A stretch of 64,000 nucleotides of DNA from Longimicrobiales bacterium. Its GTDB lineage: Bacteria > Gemmatimonadota > Gemmatimonadetes > Longimicrobiales > Gaopeijiaceae. This document shows, one piece after another, positions 36,786 to 46,543 of this stretch (position 1 is its first letter; each line of letters begins with the position of its first letter). The stretch covers positions 2,912,001 to 2,976,000 of the forward strand of contig OZ242008.1 in assembly GCA_965204735.1 (NCBI GenBank). Reading direction: 5' to 3'. The notes below the pieces were generated by a model. That model saw only the letters and a program-made list of their open reading frames with translations, made no database searches and was not told where the DNA came from. A program made the position numbers and the translations under genes.

Positions 36786-39029
36786 TCAGCAGCTCACGCA
36801 CTTGTGGTTGTTCTTCGCCCCCAGCCGCTCCAGCAGCGCGACCGTGGCCGGGAAGGGCTGAATCCTCTGCACCGGGCCGTTCGCCAGGTCGACGGTGGTT
36901 TGGCCGCTCCGGGCAACGGCGGTCACGTCCGCGCCTTTCTCGACCAAGTACAGGATCATCTCGTTGTCGCCGCGGGCGGCGGCGTGGTGCACGGGGGTGT
37001 AGCCGTTGTGGTCGCGGGCGTTCACATCGGCGCCCAGCTCCTCGACCAGGAAGCGGACAGCGGGCATCCAGCCGTCGGGGACGTGGCGGTGGGAGTTCCC
37101 AGCGAACCCTTGCCCGTACCCAACCCCAGCCGCGGCGTGGATGGGGTACACGGCCGGCCCGCCCACGGGAACCGGAGGGAGCCCGGAGTGATCGGTCTCG
37201 TCGCGGGGGCCGAACCGGCGTTGGGGCACCTTGATCGTCGGCAGGTTCGGATCGGCGCCGTACTCCAGCAGGAGCTTCATGGCCGGCACGTCGGTGGCGT
37301 GGGCAGCGCGCCAGAACGGCGTTGCGCCGGTGCGGTCTACACCCAGGAGGTCGCGGTTGTAGGTCGTGTACCAGAGCGTCCGCCGCAGCCGGGCATCTAC
37401 GTCGGCGCCGGCGTCGAGCAGCTCTCGCATCAGCTCCAGGTACCCGATCTCCTGCTGCTGGTAGACGAGGGGCTGGGGATGCCGGGCCTTGGGCGCCCAC
37501 TGCATGTTCAACACGGCGTAGAGAGGCGCGGCGCCGGCGTCGCTGGCCAAGTTGGGATCGGCCCCGCGGCGGAGCAGCGCGGCCGCAAGGTCGAAGTAGC
37601 CGTTGATCGCGGCAATGAGCATGGGAGTGGCGCCGTCGGCGGCGCTGGGGAAGTCGATCGGCACGCCGCCCTCCAGCAGCGCGAACACCGTCTCCGCGTG
37701 GCCCTCGCGAGCCGCCAAGTGGACGGCCGACAAGCCGCCGTGGGTCGCCACCAGCCCGGCAAAGTTGAGAGGCACGGGTTCGCCCGTCCGCTGACGAATC
37801 TCCAACGCCTCCTGAGCAGCCTCCCGGGCCTGGGCCTGTCGGGCCTGGGCGTCCCGGGCGGGCGCTTGCCGGGCCTGGACCTCACGGGCCGGAGCCTCCC
37901 GAGCCTGGGTCTCCTGGGCTTGGGTCTCCCGACGCTGGGCCTCGCGGGCCTGGGTCTCGCGAGCTTGGGCCTCCCGAGCCTGGGCCTCCAGACGCTGGAC
38001 CTCGCGGGCCTGGACCTCCCGAGCCTGGGTCTCGCGAGCTCCTGTCTCGCGGACCGGCACACTTGCACTTGCAGGGGACTTGTCGTCCGCCGCTTGTCCC
38101 TCGGCCACGACTGGCTCGCCGGTCATCGCACGCGCTCTCGTTGCCGCGACCTCCGCCCGGCGCCGGCGCTCGGAGGCCCGATCCGCTATGTCCCGGTCCA
38201 CTAAGTCCAAGACCCGGGCCGCGACCAGCGGGTCCGCGCCCGCCGCCAGCAGAGCCTCCACTGCCGCCGTCCGCCCCCGTGCCGCCGCGAAGTGCAACGG
38301 CGTCTGGCCCCACTCGGGCTCTTGGACGTCCACGGCCGCGCCATGGTCCAACAGCGCCGACACGGACGGCAGGTCGCCGGAAGCCGCCGCAAAGTGCAAC
38401 GGAGCCGCCCCGGTCGTCGTGAGGGCCGCAACATCCGCACCCGCCTTCAGCAGCAACGCGACGACCTCGCCGTGGCCCTCCCTGGCAGCCACGTGAAGCG
38501 GTCGGTGGGCGCCCAACCGCGTCCGCGCCTCCAGCGCCGCGCCTGAAGCAACCAGCAAGCCCGCGACCTCGGGGTCGCCGTTGAACGCGGCCCAGTGGAG
38601 GCCCGTCATGCCGTCCCCGTGGGCGGCGTTCGGATCCGCGCCCTCGGCCAGGAGTTCCCGCACGGCCATCGCATCGCCCCGCCGAGCAGCGTCGGCAACC
38701 GGCGCATCGGGAGAAACGGCCCGGTGGTCGGGAGAAGCGACCGACTGGTCGCCAGAAGCAACCCGCTGATGCCGCACGGACACATGGGACAGCACGGACA
38801 CGTGATGCAGCACGGACGCATGGGGCAACACGGACGCACGGGACAGCACGGACGAATGGGGCAGAACCAGCCCCGCAAGTACAACCGAGGTCTCGGCAGA
38901 AACAGGCGCTTCGACTACGACCGATGCCCCGGCAGCAGTAGGCGCGGCTGGCCAAGCCAGCATCGCTACCCCCGCGGACGCCCAGACCCCCGTCGGCCAC
39001 GTCGTGCGCAAGCTGCGCCATGTCTTCAT
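36786..39029 (-). CDS. Exported ankyrin-repeat protein (cassette copy B)
   Basis: DGMTGLHWAA, TPLHFAA repeats; ends NNHKCVSC. Confidence 0.9.
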   Translation of the reverse strand: MKTWRSLRTTWPTGVWASAGVAMLAWPAAPTAAGASVVVEAPVSAETSVVLAGLVLPHSSVLSRASVLPHASVLHHVSVLSHVSVRHQRVASGDQSVASPDHRAVSPDAPVADAARRGDAMAVRELLAEGADPNAAHGDGMTGLHWAAFNGDPEVAGLLVASGAALEARTRLGAHRPLHVAAREGHGEVVALLLKAGADVAALTTTGAAPLHFAAASGDLPSVSALLDHGAAVDVQEPEWGQTPLHFAAARGRTAAVEALLAAGADPLVAARVLDLVDRDIADRASERRRRAEVAATRARAMTGEPVVAEGQAADDKSPASASVPVRETGARETQAREVQAREVQRLEAQAREAQARETQAREAQRRETQAQETQAREAPAREVQARQAPARDAQARQAQAREAAQEALEIRQRTGEPVPLNFAGLVATHGGLSAVHLAAREGHAETVFALLEGGVPIDFPSAADGATPMLIAAINGYFDLAAALLRRGADPNLASDAGAAPLYAVLNMQWAPKARHPQPLVYQQQEIGYLELMRELLDAGADVDARLRRTLWYTTYNRDLLGVDRTGATPFWRAAHATDVPAMKLLLEYGADPNLPTIKVPQRRFGPRDETDHSGLPPVPVGGPAVYPIHAAAGVGYGQGFAGNSHRHVPDGWMPAVRFLVEELGADVNARDHNGYTPVHHAAARGDNEMILYLVEKGADVTAVARSGQTTVDLANGPVQRIQPFPATVALLERLGAKNNHKCVSC
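37812..38051 (-). repeat. In-frame 15-bp minisatellite encoding RE(T/V/A)QA pentapeptides
   Basis: About 15-16 imperfect units. Confidence 0.9.
38770..38860 (-). repeat. In-frame 18-bp repeat (HxSVL units) after the signal peptide
   Basis: HSSVLS RASVLP HASVLH HVSVLS HVSVRH. Confidence 0.8.
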
Positions 39030-39045
39030 CTTCGCCGCGCTCGTC

Positions 39046-40440
39046 CTACCCCGACAGCGCGAAGGCGTCCGTGCTGTCGCCGAAGCTCTTCACGTCGTCC
39101 ATCCCCAGGTTGTGCATGAGGCTGACCATGACGTTCGCCATCGGCGTTCCCGGATCGGCCCGCAGGTGCAGGTCGCCGACCATGCGCCCGTTGGCGCCGC
39201 CCACGACGAAGAGAGGACAGCGCTTGTGGTTGTGCACGTTGGAGTCGCCCATGGGAGAGCCGTAGAGGACCATCGTCTTGTCCAGCAAGGTGCCGTCGCC
39301 CTCTTGGACGCGGCTCAGCCGGTCCAGCAGGTACGGCACGAGCCCCACGTGGTAGCGGTTGATCTCGGCGAACTCCAGCACGTTGGCAGGGGTCCCGCCG
39401 TGGTGAGACGACGGGTGGAAGCCCTTCTCCACGCCGCTCTCTGGGTACACGCGACTGGAAGCGTCGCGGCCCATCTTGAAGGAGAAGACCCGCGTCACGT
39501 CCGCCTCGAACGCCAGCGCCTGAAGGTCGAACATGAGCTTGACGTGCTCGTCGAAGGAGTCCGGCACGCCGGCCGGGGCCTCGGGCAGCTCCCGCTCGGC
39601 GCCGCTGGCGTTGCGCTCGACGACGCGCTGAATCCGGCGCTCGATCTCGCGCACGTTCTCCAAGTAGCGGTCCATGCGGCGGCCGTCCTCGGGATCGAGG
39701 CGACGCTTGAGCGCGCCCACCTCGCTCATCACATAGTCCAGGACGCTGCGGCCGGCCCGGCGCCTCGCCAAGCGCGCTTCCGGAGTCCCGCCTGCCCCGA
39801 AGAGCTGGTCGAAGGCGACTCTCGGATCGCGCACCATCGGCAACGGCTCGTCGGGTGCCGCCCACGAGATCGTGTCCGTGTACACGCACGCGTAGCCGTA
39901 TGCGCATCCGCCGGCTTGGTCCACGTTTTCGATGCACAACTGCATCGACGGCACCGGCGTGTCCTGTCCGAAGCGCTGGGCGTACAACTGGTCCAGCGAG
40001 GTGCCCGCAAGCACGTCCGAGCTCTCCGTCTGCTTTGGATGCGCCTGGGTCAGGAAGGTGGCGCTGGACCGGAAGTGGTCGCCGCCGATCTCCTTGGGCT
40101 TGGTGGCCTCGGCGGCGCGCACGTCGGTGTCGCTGACGACGGTCAGGTACTCCCGGTAGGGCTCCAGCGACTTGAGCACGCTCGGCCCGAAGTCGAAGCC
40201 CCGTCCCGTTTCCGGGGGCGACCAAAGGTGCTGCTCCGCGCCCCAGGCGTTGCTGCCCGCCGCCCCGTGGACCATCTCGATCGCGATCAGGCGGGTCTTG
40301 TCCATGGCCGTGCGGGCCTGGGTTGCGGCCCAGGCTTCCCGCGCCGGCGCCATCGCGTCCAGGAACGGGAGCGCTATCGACGCGCCCGCGCCCCGCAGGA
40401 AGGTTCGACGGGGCAGGTGTCTGCCGGTCAGAAGGTTCAT
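39046..40440 (-). CDS. DUF1552-family protein with Tat-like signal (copy B)
   Basis: PRRTFLRGAG...LPFLDAM; GGCAYGYACVY; TMVLYGSPMGD..H. Confidence 0.88.
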   Translation of the reverse strand: MNLLTGRHLPRRTFLRGAGASIALPFLDAMAPAREAWAATQARTAMDKTRLIAIEMVHGAAGSNAWGAEQHLWSPPETGRGFDFGPSVLKSLEPYREYLTVVSDTDVRAAEATKPKEIGGDHFRSSATFLTQAHPKQTESSDVLAGTSLDQLYAQRFGQDTPVPSMQLCIENVDQAGGCAYGYACVYTDTISWAAPDEPLPMVRDPRVAFDQLFGAGGTPEARLARRRAGRSVLDYVMSEVGALKRRLDPEDGRRMDRYLENVREIERRIQRVVERNASGAERELPEAPAGVPDSFDEHVKLMFDLQALAFEADVTRVFSFKMGRDASSRVYPESGVEKGFHPSSHHGGTPANVLEFAEINRYHVGLVPYLLDRLSRVQEGDGTLLDKTMVLYGSPMGDSNVHNHKRCPLFVVGGANGRMVGDLHLRADPGTPMANVMVSLMHNLGMDDVKSFGDSTDAFALSG

Positions 40441-43070
40441 GGGTGCGCTCCTTCGGGTTCCGCTGGCCGGGCGTCGGCTGCGGGCACGGCCGCCTTCATG
40501 CGGAAGGCGTCGCTGCTGGCCACGCCCAGGACGAAGGCGGACATGCGGTACCCTTCGGCTTCGGCCGACCGGGCAATGCGCCTCACCGTCGGCATGTCGT
40601 AGTGCTCCAGCCGCCGTCCGAGCGCGTAGGCCATGAGGTTTTCGGTAAAGGTGCGTACCAACGGCTCCGGCCGCTTGAGCAAAGCCGCGCGCAAGTCGCC
40701 GGGCGACGCGAGCGACGTCCCGTCGTAGAGCTCGCCGGCGGCGTCCACCGGCACGCCCTGGTCCTTGATCCGCCAAGCCCCCGCAACGTCGAAGTTCTCC
40801 AGCGCCAAGCCGATGGGATCGATCATCCGGTGACACGAGCTGCACGCGGGGTTCGACCTGTGCATCTCCATCCGCTCCCTGACGGTGAGGAAGCGCCCGT
40901 CCTCCACGGCCTCCTCTTCCAACTCGGGCACGTCGGGCGGGGGCGGAGGCGGAGGCGTCCCCAGCAGCACTTCCATGACCCACTTGCCCCGCAGGACGGG
41001 CGACGTGCGGCCCGCATGAGACGTAAGGGTGAGCACGCTCCCGTGGCCAAGGACGCCCCGCCGCTCCGGGTTGACGTACTGCACTTTGCGAAAGCGGCGG
41101 CCCGCCACGCCGGGGATGCCGTAGTGCCTGGCCAAGCGCTCGTCGGCAAAAGTGTAGTCCGCCGTGTACAGCTCCAGCAGGGGCCGGTCGTTGCGCACAA
41201 GGTGATCGAAGAAGAACTCGGTCTCCTTGCGCATCGAGCGCTTCAGCTGCTCGTCGAAGTCGGGCGCCACCCGCACGTCGGGCTGAATCTTCTCCAGGTC
41301 CTGCAACCGGAGCCATTGGGCGGCGAAGCGGGTCGAGAGCGCCGAGGCACGCTCGTCCCGAAGCATCCGGATCGCCTGCGCCCTCATCGCCGTCGGATCG
41401 GAAAGGCCGCCGTCCCGCGCCGCCGCCATCAGCTCGGCGTCGGGTCCCGTTCCCCACAAGAAGAAGGACAGCCTGGCCGCCAAGTCCACGTCGCCGATCG
41501 GGTAGGCGCGGACGGAGCCGGGACCGCCTGCGCTGGTCGATTGAGCCTCGCTGGACTCCTCCGCACCGGTCGGCTCCTCGAAGCGGAAGACGAAGTGGGG
41601 ACTGGCCAGAATCCCCTCCAGCGTGGTCCGCACGCCTTCCTCGAAACCGGCGTCCACGCCCGCAAAGGCGCTCCGCCCTTGGTCGTCCGCCGTGGCGGCC
41701 CCGGCATCGTAGAGGCGCATCAGACCGTCCACGTCCGCCTCGTCGAGGAAGCGGCGGTAGGCCTGCGTCGCAAGTCGAGAGACGATCTCGCGGGCGCACG
41801 GCCGCTCCTCGGAAGGCGACTCGGGGCGGCAAGAGAAGACCTTGGCGCGGCTCGGCGTGTCGGTCGCGCCGGACGGCTCGTAGGGGCCGCCGATCGCCAA
41901 GTCCCGCAGGTGCGGCAACGCCGTGAAGCCGTAGGAGCCGGCGATGCTCGTGCTGGCCAGCGACCACTCGTGGGGCGAGATCAGGTCCTGGACCGGCCCC
42001 TCCACCCGGCGCACGAACGCGGCCGCGACCCGGCGCGGTCCGCCTCGAACGTGCACCTGCCCGGTGCGCATGTTCACGCCGTCCGGGTCCGACGTGTGCA
42101 TCCAGCGGCCGACTTCCAGCAGCGCGACCGGCTCGCCGTCCACCGATATCTCGAGCCGCTCGGGGTTGTCGTCGTCCGTGTGCAGGGCGTTGCGCCCGTT
42201 GCCGTAGAGCGCGCCCGTGGTCTCGTGGTGGAAGGAGACGCGGAAGACGTACTTGCCGTCCGCCGGAAAGTTGTGCATCACGGCGACGCCGCCCCGGGTG
42301 CCGTAGGGCGCGCCCTCGACCCGCTCCGTCTGCGAATCCCAGCGGGACACACGGTAGGTGGCTTCGCTGGCCGTGACGTGAGGGTCGCCCAGCGCCAACC
42401 GGCTCACCTCGGCGGCGGCGCGCAGGTAGCCGTCCGCCAAGGTGGCGGAAAGGAGCTGCACGTCGGCGATGTTGTCGAAGTTGGCGCTCTTCGTGTCCAG
42501 CGGCAGGTAACTGCCCGCGTCGATCTCCAAGTCCAGCAGGTCGCGCACCGAGGCCGCGTACTCCGCCCGGTTGAGGCGCTGGAAGGTCCGCCGCCCCGGG
42601 TTCGGGCGTTCCTCGGCCGCCCGGTCCAGCTGCACCTCCAGCGAGGCCGCCAGCCCCGTCAGGACGCTCTCGTCGGGTCGTCGGGCGCCCGGCGGCGGCA
42701 TCATCCCCGCCCGCAGCTTGCGGATCATGCGTTCGGCGATTTCGGCGCTGGCCGTCGCGGCGTCCGCGTCGAACCGCTCCAGCGACATGCCGCCCAGCAG
42801 CCGACGGTCGTTGTGGCATCGAACGCAGTACTGCCGCACGACCTCGTTGTCGAGGGACCCTGCCCCGCTGGACGCCGGCCCGAGCCCGCCAGACGCCGAC
42901 CCTGCCCCGCTGGACACCGGCCCGAGCCCGCCGGACGCACCCTCGTTCCCGCCGGACGCCCCAGCGCCGTAGGCGGTTCCCATGCCGCCGCGGGAGGACG
43001 CCGGACCCTGGTGCGCAAGCGCACCGACGGCCAGACCAGCTCCCACCAGCACGACGGCGAGCTTGCTCAT
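40437..43070 (-). CDS. DUF1592/1588/1585-type multidomain c-type cytochrome (copy B)
   Basis: CVRCH, MMPP, RLNRAEY, RLSFFLW, TSPVLRGKW, CSSCH..IDP.G.ALENFD. Confidence 0.9.
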   Translation of the reverse strand: MSKLAVVLVGAGLAVGALAHQGPASSRGGMGTAYGAGASGGNEGASGGLGPVSSGAGSASGGLGPASSGAGSLDNEVVRQYCVRCHNDRRLLGGMSLERFDADAATASAEIAERMIRKLRAGMMPPPGARRPDESVLTGLAASLEVQLDRAAEERPNPGRRTFQRLNRAEYAASVRDLLDLEIDAGSYLPLDTKSANFDNIADVQLLSATLADGYLRAAAEVSRLALGDPHVTASEATYRVSRWDSQTERVEGAPYGTRGGVAVMHNFPADGKYVFRVSFHHETTGALYGNGRNALHTDDDNPERLEISVDGEPVALLEVGRWMHTSDPDGVNMRTGQVHVRGGPRRVAAAFVRRVEGPVQDLISPHEWSLASTSIAGSYGFTALPHLRDLAIGGPYEPSGATDTPSRAKVFSCRPESPSEERPCAREIVSRLATQAYRRFLDEADVDGLMRLYDAGAATADDQGRSAFAGVDAGFEEGVRTTLEGILASPHFVFRFEEPTGAEESSEAQSTSAGGPGSVRAYPIGDVDLAARLSFFLWGTGPDAELMAAARDGGLSDPTAMRAQAIRMLRDERASALSTRFAAQWLRLQDLEKIQPDVRVAPDFDEQLKRSMRKETEFFFDHLVRNDRPLLELYTADYTFADERLARHYGIPGVAGRRFRKVQYVNPERRGVLGHGSVLTLTSHAGRTSPVLRGKWVMEVLLGTPPPPPPPDVPELEEEAVEDGRFLTVRERMEMHRSNPACSSCHRMIDPIGLALENFDVAGAWRIKDQGVPVDAAGELYDGTSLASPGDLRAALLKRPEPLVRTFTENLMAYALGRRLEHYDMPTVRRIARSAEAEGYRMSAFVLGVASSDAFRMKAAVPAADARPAEPEGAHP
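42856..42938 (-). repeat. In-frame 42-bp near-perfect duplication in the N-terminal linker
   Basis: ASGGLGP(V/A)SSGAGS x2. Confidence 0.85.
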
Positions 43071-43089
43071 GGCCTCTGCCGGCGCCCGT

Positions 43090-44979
43090 CTAGCAGGAGA
43101 CGCAGTTGTGGTTGTTGAAGGCCCCCAGCCTCTCCAGCAGAGCCACGGTATCGGGAAAAGGCTGGATGCGCTGGACCGGACCGTTGGCCATGTCCACGGT
43201 CGTCTGGCCGCGACGGCTCACGACCGTGACGTCGGCGCCCTGCTCCACCAAGTAGAGGATCAGTTCGTTGTCGCCCCGGGCCGCTGCGTGGTGAAGAGGG
43301 CTGTAGCCTTCGTGATCGCGCGCGTCGACGTCGGCGTCCAGCTCCTCGACCAAGTACCGAACCGCCGGCAGCCAGCCGTCCGGAACGTGGCGGTGCGCGT
43401 TGGCGGCAAAGCCTTGGCCGTACCCGACGCCCGACGCCGCGTGGATGGGGTGGACCGCCGGACCCCCGACGGGAACGGGAGGCAGCCCCGAGTGGTCGGC
43501 TTCCTCGCCCCCCCTCGAGTAGCGCCGAGACGGCACCTTCACGGTGGGGACCAACGGGTCAGCGCCGTACGCCACCAGGAGCCGCATCGCCTCCACGTCC
43601 AGCGCGTAGGCCGCTCGCCAGAAGGGAGAGGCGCCCTTCGCATCGATCTGCAGCAGGTCGAAGTTGAACGACATGAACCAGAGGTGCTTGGTCAGCCGCG
43701 CATTGGGATCGGCGCCGGCGTCCAGCAGCTTGCGCATCACGTCCAGGTAGGTGTGGTCCTGCTGCATGTAGACGTGCTGCTGGGGGTAGCGCGACTTCGG
43801 CGCCCAGTGAGTGTTGAGCGCGGCGAAGAGGGGCGTGGCGCCCGCACGGCTCGCGACGTTGGGGTCCGCGCCGCGGTCCAGAAGGTCCACGGCCATGTCG
43901 AAGTGGCCGTTGATCAGCGCCATGAGCATGGGGCTGGTGCCGTCGCCGTCGCCGGTCTGGTCGATCTCCGCGCCGCCGTCCAGCAGCGCCCGAACCGTCT
44001 CGTCGTGCCCTTCCCGGGCGGCGTGCAGAAGCGCCGTAAGCCCCCCGTGGCCGCCGACGAGCTCGCCGTAGGAAAGGGGCTCCGGCTCCTCGATCATGCG
44101 CGTCTGGCCCTCTTCCCGCGACGCCGCCTCCGCCAGGGCGCGCCGCGCCTCCGACTGCTGCCGCTCGGCCGCCTCCTGCCGCCGGGCCGCTTCTGCTTCC
44201 CGGCGCGCGGCCTCGGCCGACCTCGGGTCCCACGTCTCCCCCGCCTTGAGGCGCTTGTTTCGCTCGGCGCGCTCGATCCGGTCGGCGACGGCCCGCTCGG
44301 CCACGTCGATCACCTTCGTGGTTGCCGACGGATCCGCGCCCGCCGCCAGCAGTAGGCGCGCCGCTTCCGTCCTGCCAGCCGACGCCGCAAAGACCAGAGG
44401 CGTCTGGCCCCATGCCGTCTCGGCGGCGTTCGGGTCCGCCCCGGCGGCGAGCAGCGCCTCCACCGTTCGCTCGTCCCCCGCTTGCGCCGCGAAGTGGATG
44501 GGCCGGGCGCCGCCCGTCTCCCGGGTGGCCGCGCCCGGATCGGCGCCGGCAGCCAGCAGCAGCTCCGCCACCGCGCCAGCACCGGCCTGCGCAGCCAAGT
44601 GAAGCGGCGTGTAGAGCCCGATTCTGGTCCCCGCGCCCACATCCGCCCCCGCCGCCAGCAGGAAGCGCGCCAGCGCGGCGTCCCGGTTGCGGGCTGCCCA
44701 GTGGAGCGCCGTCATGCCGTCGCCTTGGGCTTGATTCACGTCCTTCCCTTGGGCGACCAGCGACCGAGCGACGTCGCCGTCCGCCCGCATGGCCGCGTCG
44801 GCGACGGGCGAATCGGGGACGGCGGAGGCCGGCGCGTCGGTCCGCGAGGTCGGCTGCTGGAGAGCCGACGCCGATTGGGCCCCAGGAGCCGTCCAAGGCG
44901 CAAAGGCGACCAGCGCCGCCGCCAGCACCGCGCTCCAGACGACGGTTCTGCGCCGCACCACGGTCCTGCACCGCACCAT
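43090..44979 (-). CDS. Exported ankyrin-repeat protein (cassette copy A)
   Basis: DGMTALHWAA, YTPLHLAA; ends NNHNCVSC; paralogue of 36786..39029. Confidence 0.9.
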   Translation of the reverse strand: MVRCRTVVRRRTVVWSAVLAAALVAFAPWTAPGAQSASALQQPTSRTDAPASAVPDSPVADAAMRADGDVARSLVAQGKDVNQAQGDGMTALHWAARNRDAALARFLLAAGADVGAGTRIGLYTPLHLAAQAGAGAVAELLLAAGADPGAATRETGGARPIHFAAQAGDERTVEALLAAGADPNAAETAWGQTPLVFAASAGRTEAARLLLAAGADPSATTKVIDVAERAVADRIERAERNKRLKAGETWDPRSAEAARREAEAARRQEAAERQQSEARRALAEAASREEGQTRMIEEPEPLSYGELVGGHGGLTALLHAAREGHDETVRALLDGGAEIDQTGDGDGTSPMLMALINGHFDMAVDLLDRGADPNVASRAGATPLFAALNTHWAPKSRYPQQHVYMQQDHTYLDVMRKLLDAGADPNARLTKHLWFMSFNFDLLQIDAKGASPFWRAAYALDVEAMRLLVAYGADPLVPTVKVPSRRYSRGGEEADHSGLPPVPVGGPAVHPIHAASGVGYGQGFAANAHRHVPDGWLPAVRYLVEELDADVDARDHEGYSPLHHAAARGDNELILYLVEQGADVTVVSRRGQTTVDMANGPVQRIQPFPDTVALLERLGAFNNHNCVSC

Positions 44980-44983
44980 GGTC

Positions 44984-46375
44984 CTACACCGCCAGCGAGA
45001 AGTCGCCGGTGCTGTTGCCGAAGCGCTCCATGTCGTCCATCCCCAGCTTGTGCGCCAGCGAGAGCATGACGTTGGCCATCGGCGTCCCCGGGGCCGCGCG
45101 CAGGTGCATGCCGCCCTCCAGCGCGCCGTTGGCCTTGCCTGCGACAAAGAGGGGGCAGCGCTTGTGGTTGTGCACGTTCGGGTCGCCCATCGGCGAGCCG
45201 TAGACGATCATCGTGCGCTCCAGCAGGTCCGCGTCGCCGTCCATGGTCTCCCGCAGCCGGTCGAAGAAGTACGTCAGCTGCCCCACATGGTAGCGGTTGA
45301 TCTGCGCGAAGTCGGTGATGTTCCCTTCGTTGCCGCCGTGGTGGGACGCCGGGTGGAAGGGCTTGTCCACGCCGCTCTCCGGGAAGACCCGAGCCGAGGA
45401 GTCCCGTCCCATCTTGAAGGAGAAGACCCGCGTCGCGTCGGACGCGAAGGCCAGGGCCTGCAGGTCGAACATGAGGCGCACGTGCTCCTCGAAGGAGTCC
45501 GGCACGCCGGCAGGAGCCTCGGGCAGCTCCCTTCCCTCGCCGCTGGCGTTCCGGGCCTCGACGGTCTCGATGCGACGCTCCAGCTCCCGCACGTTCTCCA
45601 TGTAGCGGTCGAGGCGGAGCAGGTCCGCCGGCCCCAGCGTCCGCTTCAGCTGGGCGACCCGCCCCGCGATGAAGTCCAGGATGCTGCGGTTGGCCATGCG
45701 TCGCGCGGCCCGCTCCTCCGGTGAACCGCCGGCCCCGAAGATCTGGTCGAAGGCGACCCGCGGATCCCGCACCATCGGCAGCGGCTCGGTGGGCGACGCC
45801 CAGCTGATGGTATCGGTGTAGACGCAGGCGTATCCGTAGGCGCACCCGCCGGACTGGTCCACGTTCTCGATGCAGAGCTGCATCGACGGAATCGGCGTGT
45901 CCTGTCCGAACCTCTTGGCGAACATCTGGTCGAGCGACGTGCCGACGAAGATGTCGGAGCCTTCGGTCTGGCGCGGGTGGGACTGGGTGAGGAAGGTGGC
46001 GCTGGAGCGGAAGTGGTCGCCGCCGATCTCCTTGGGCTTCTTCGCCTCCGCCGGCTCCACGTCGGTGTCGCTGACGATCGTCAGGTAGTCGCGGTACGGC
46101 TCCAGGGGGCTCAAGGCGCTGGGCGACAGGTCGAAGCCTCTGCCCGTCTCCGCGGGCGACCAGTAGTTCCGCGTGGCGCCCCACTCGTTGCTGCCCGCTG
46201 CCCCGTGGACCATCTCGATGGCCACCAGTCGGGTAGGCCCGCTCGCCGCCGAAGCCGCCTGCGACGCCCGCAGCCCCGCGGGAACCATGGCGTCGAGGAA
46301 CGGCAGCGACACCGTGGCCCCCAGACCCCGCAGGAAGGTGCGCCGAGGAATGCTGGTTCCGGTGATCAGGTGCAT
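44984..46375 (-). CDS. DUF1552-family protein with Tat-like signal (copy A)
   Basis: PRRTFLRGLG...LPFLDAM; AGGAGG RBS; colinear with copy B. Confidence 0.88.
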   Translation of the reverse strand: MHLITGTSIPRRTFLRGLGATVSLPFLDAMVPAGLRASQAASAASGPTRLVAIEMVHGAAGSNEWGATRNYWSPAETGRGFDLSPSALSPLEPYRDYLTIVSDTDVEPAEAKKPKEIGGDHFRSSATFLTQSHPRQTEGSDIFVGTSLDQMFAKRFGQDTPIPSMQLCIENVDQSGGCAYGYACVYTDTISWASPTEPLPMVRDPRVAFDQIFGAGGSPEERAARRMANRSILDFIAGRVAQLKRTLGPADLLRLDRYMENVRELERRIETVEARNASGEGRELPEAPAGVPDSFEEHVRLMFDLQALAFASDATRVFSFKMGRDSSARVFPESGVDKPFHPASHHGGNEGNITDFAQINRYHVGQLTYFFDRLRETMDGDADLLERTMIVYGSPMGDPNVHNHKRCPLFVAGKANGALEGGMHLRAAPGTPMANVMLSLAHKLGMDDMERFGNSTGDFSLAV

Positions 46376-46543
46376 GGATCGTGACCTCCTGGTCGTGCGG
46401 CCGCCGGGCGGGCCGGCTGCCATGGCCGGGCACGCGACGAAGGGCGACCGATCTTCGGCGGCCGTGGCCACGACCGCGACGGGACTGCATCCAAGTAGGA
46501 ATGTACCGAGCCCTGTCGGGACCCGCCAGCAACTCCGCTGCTG

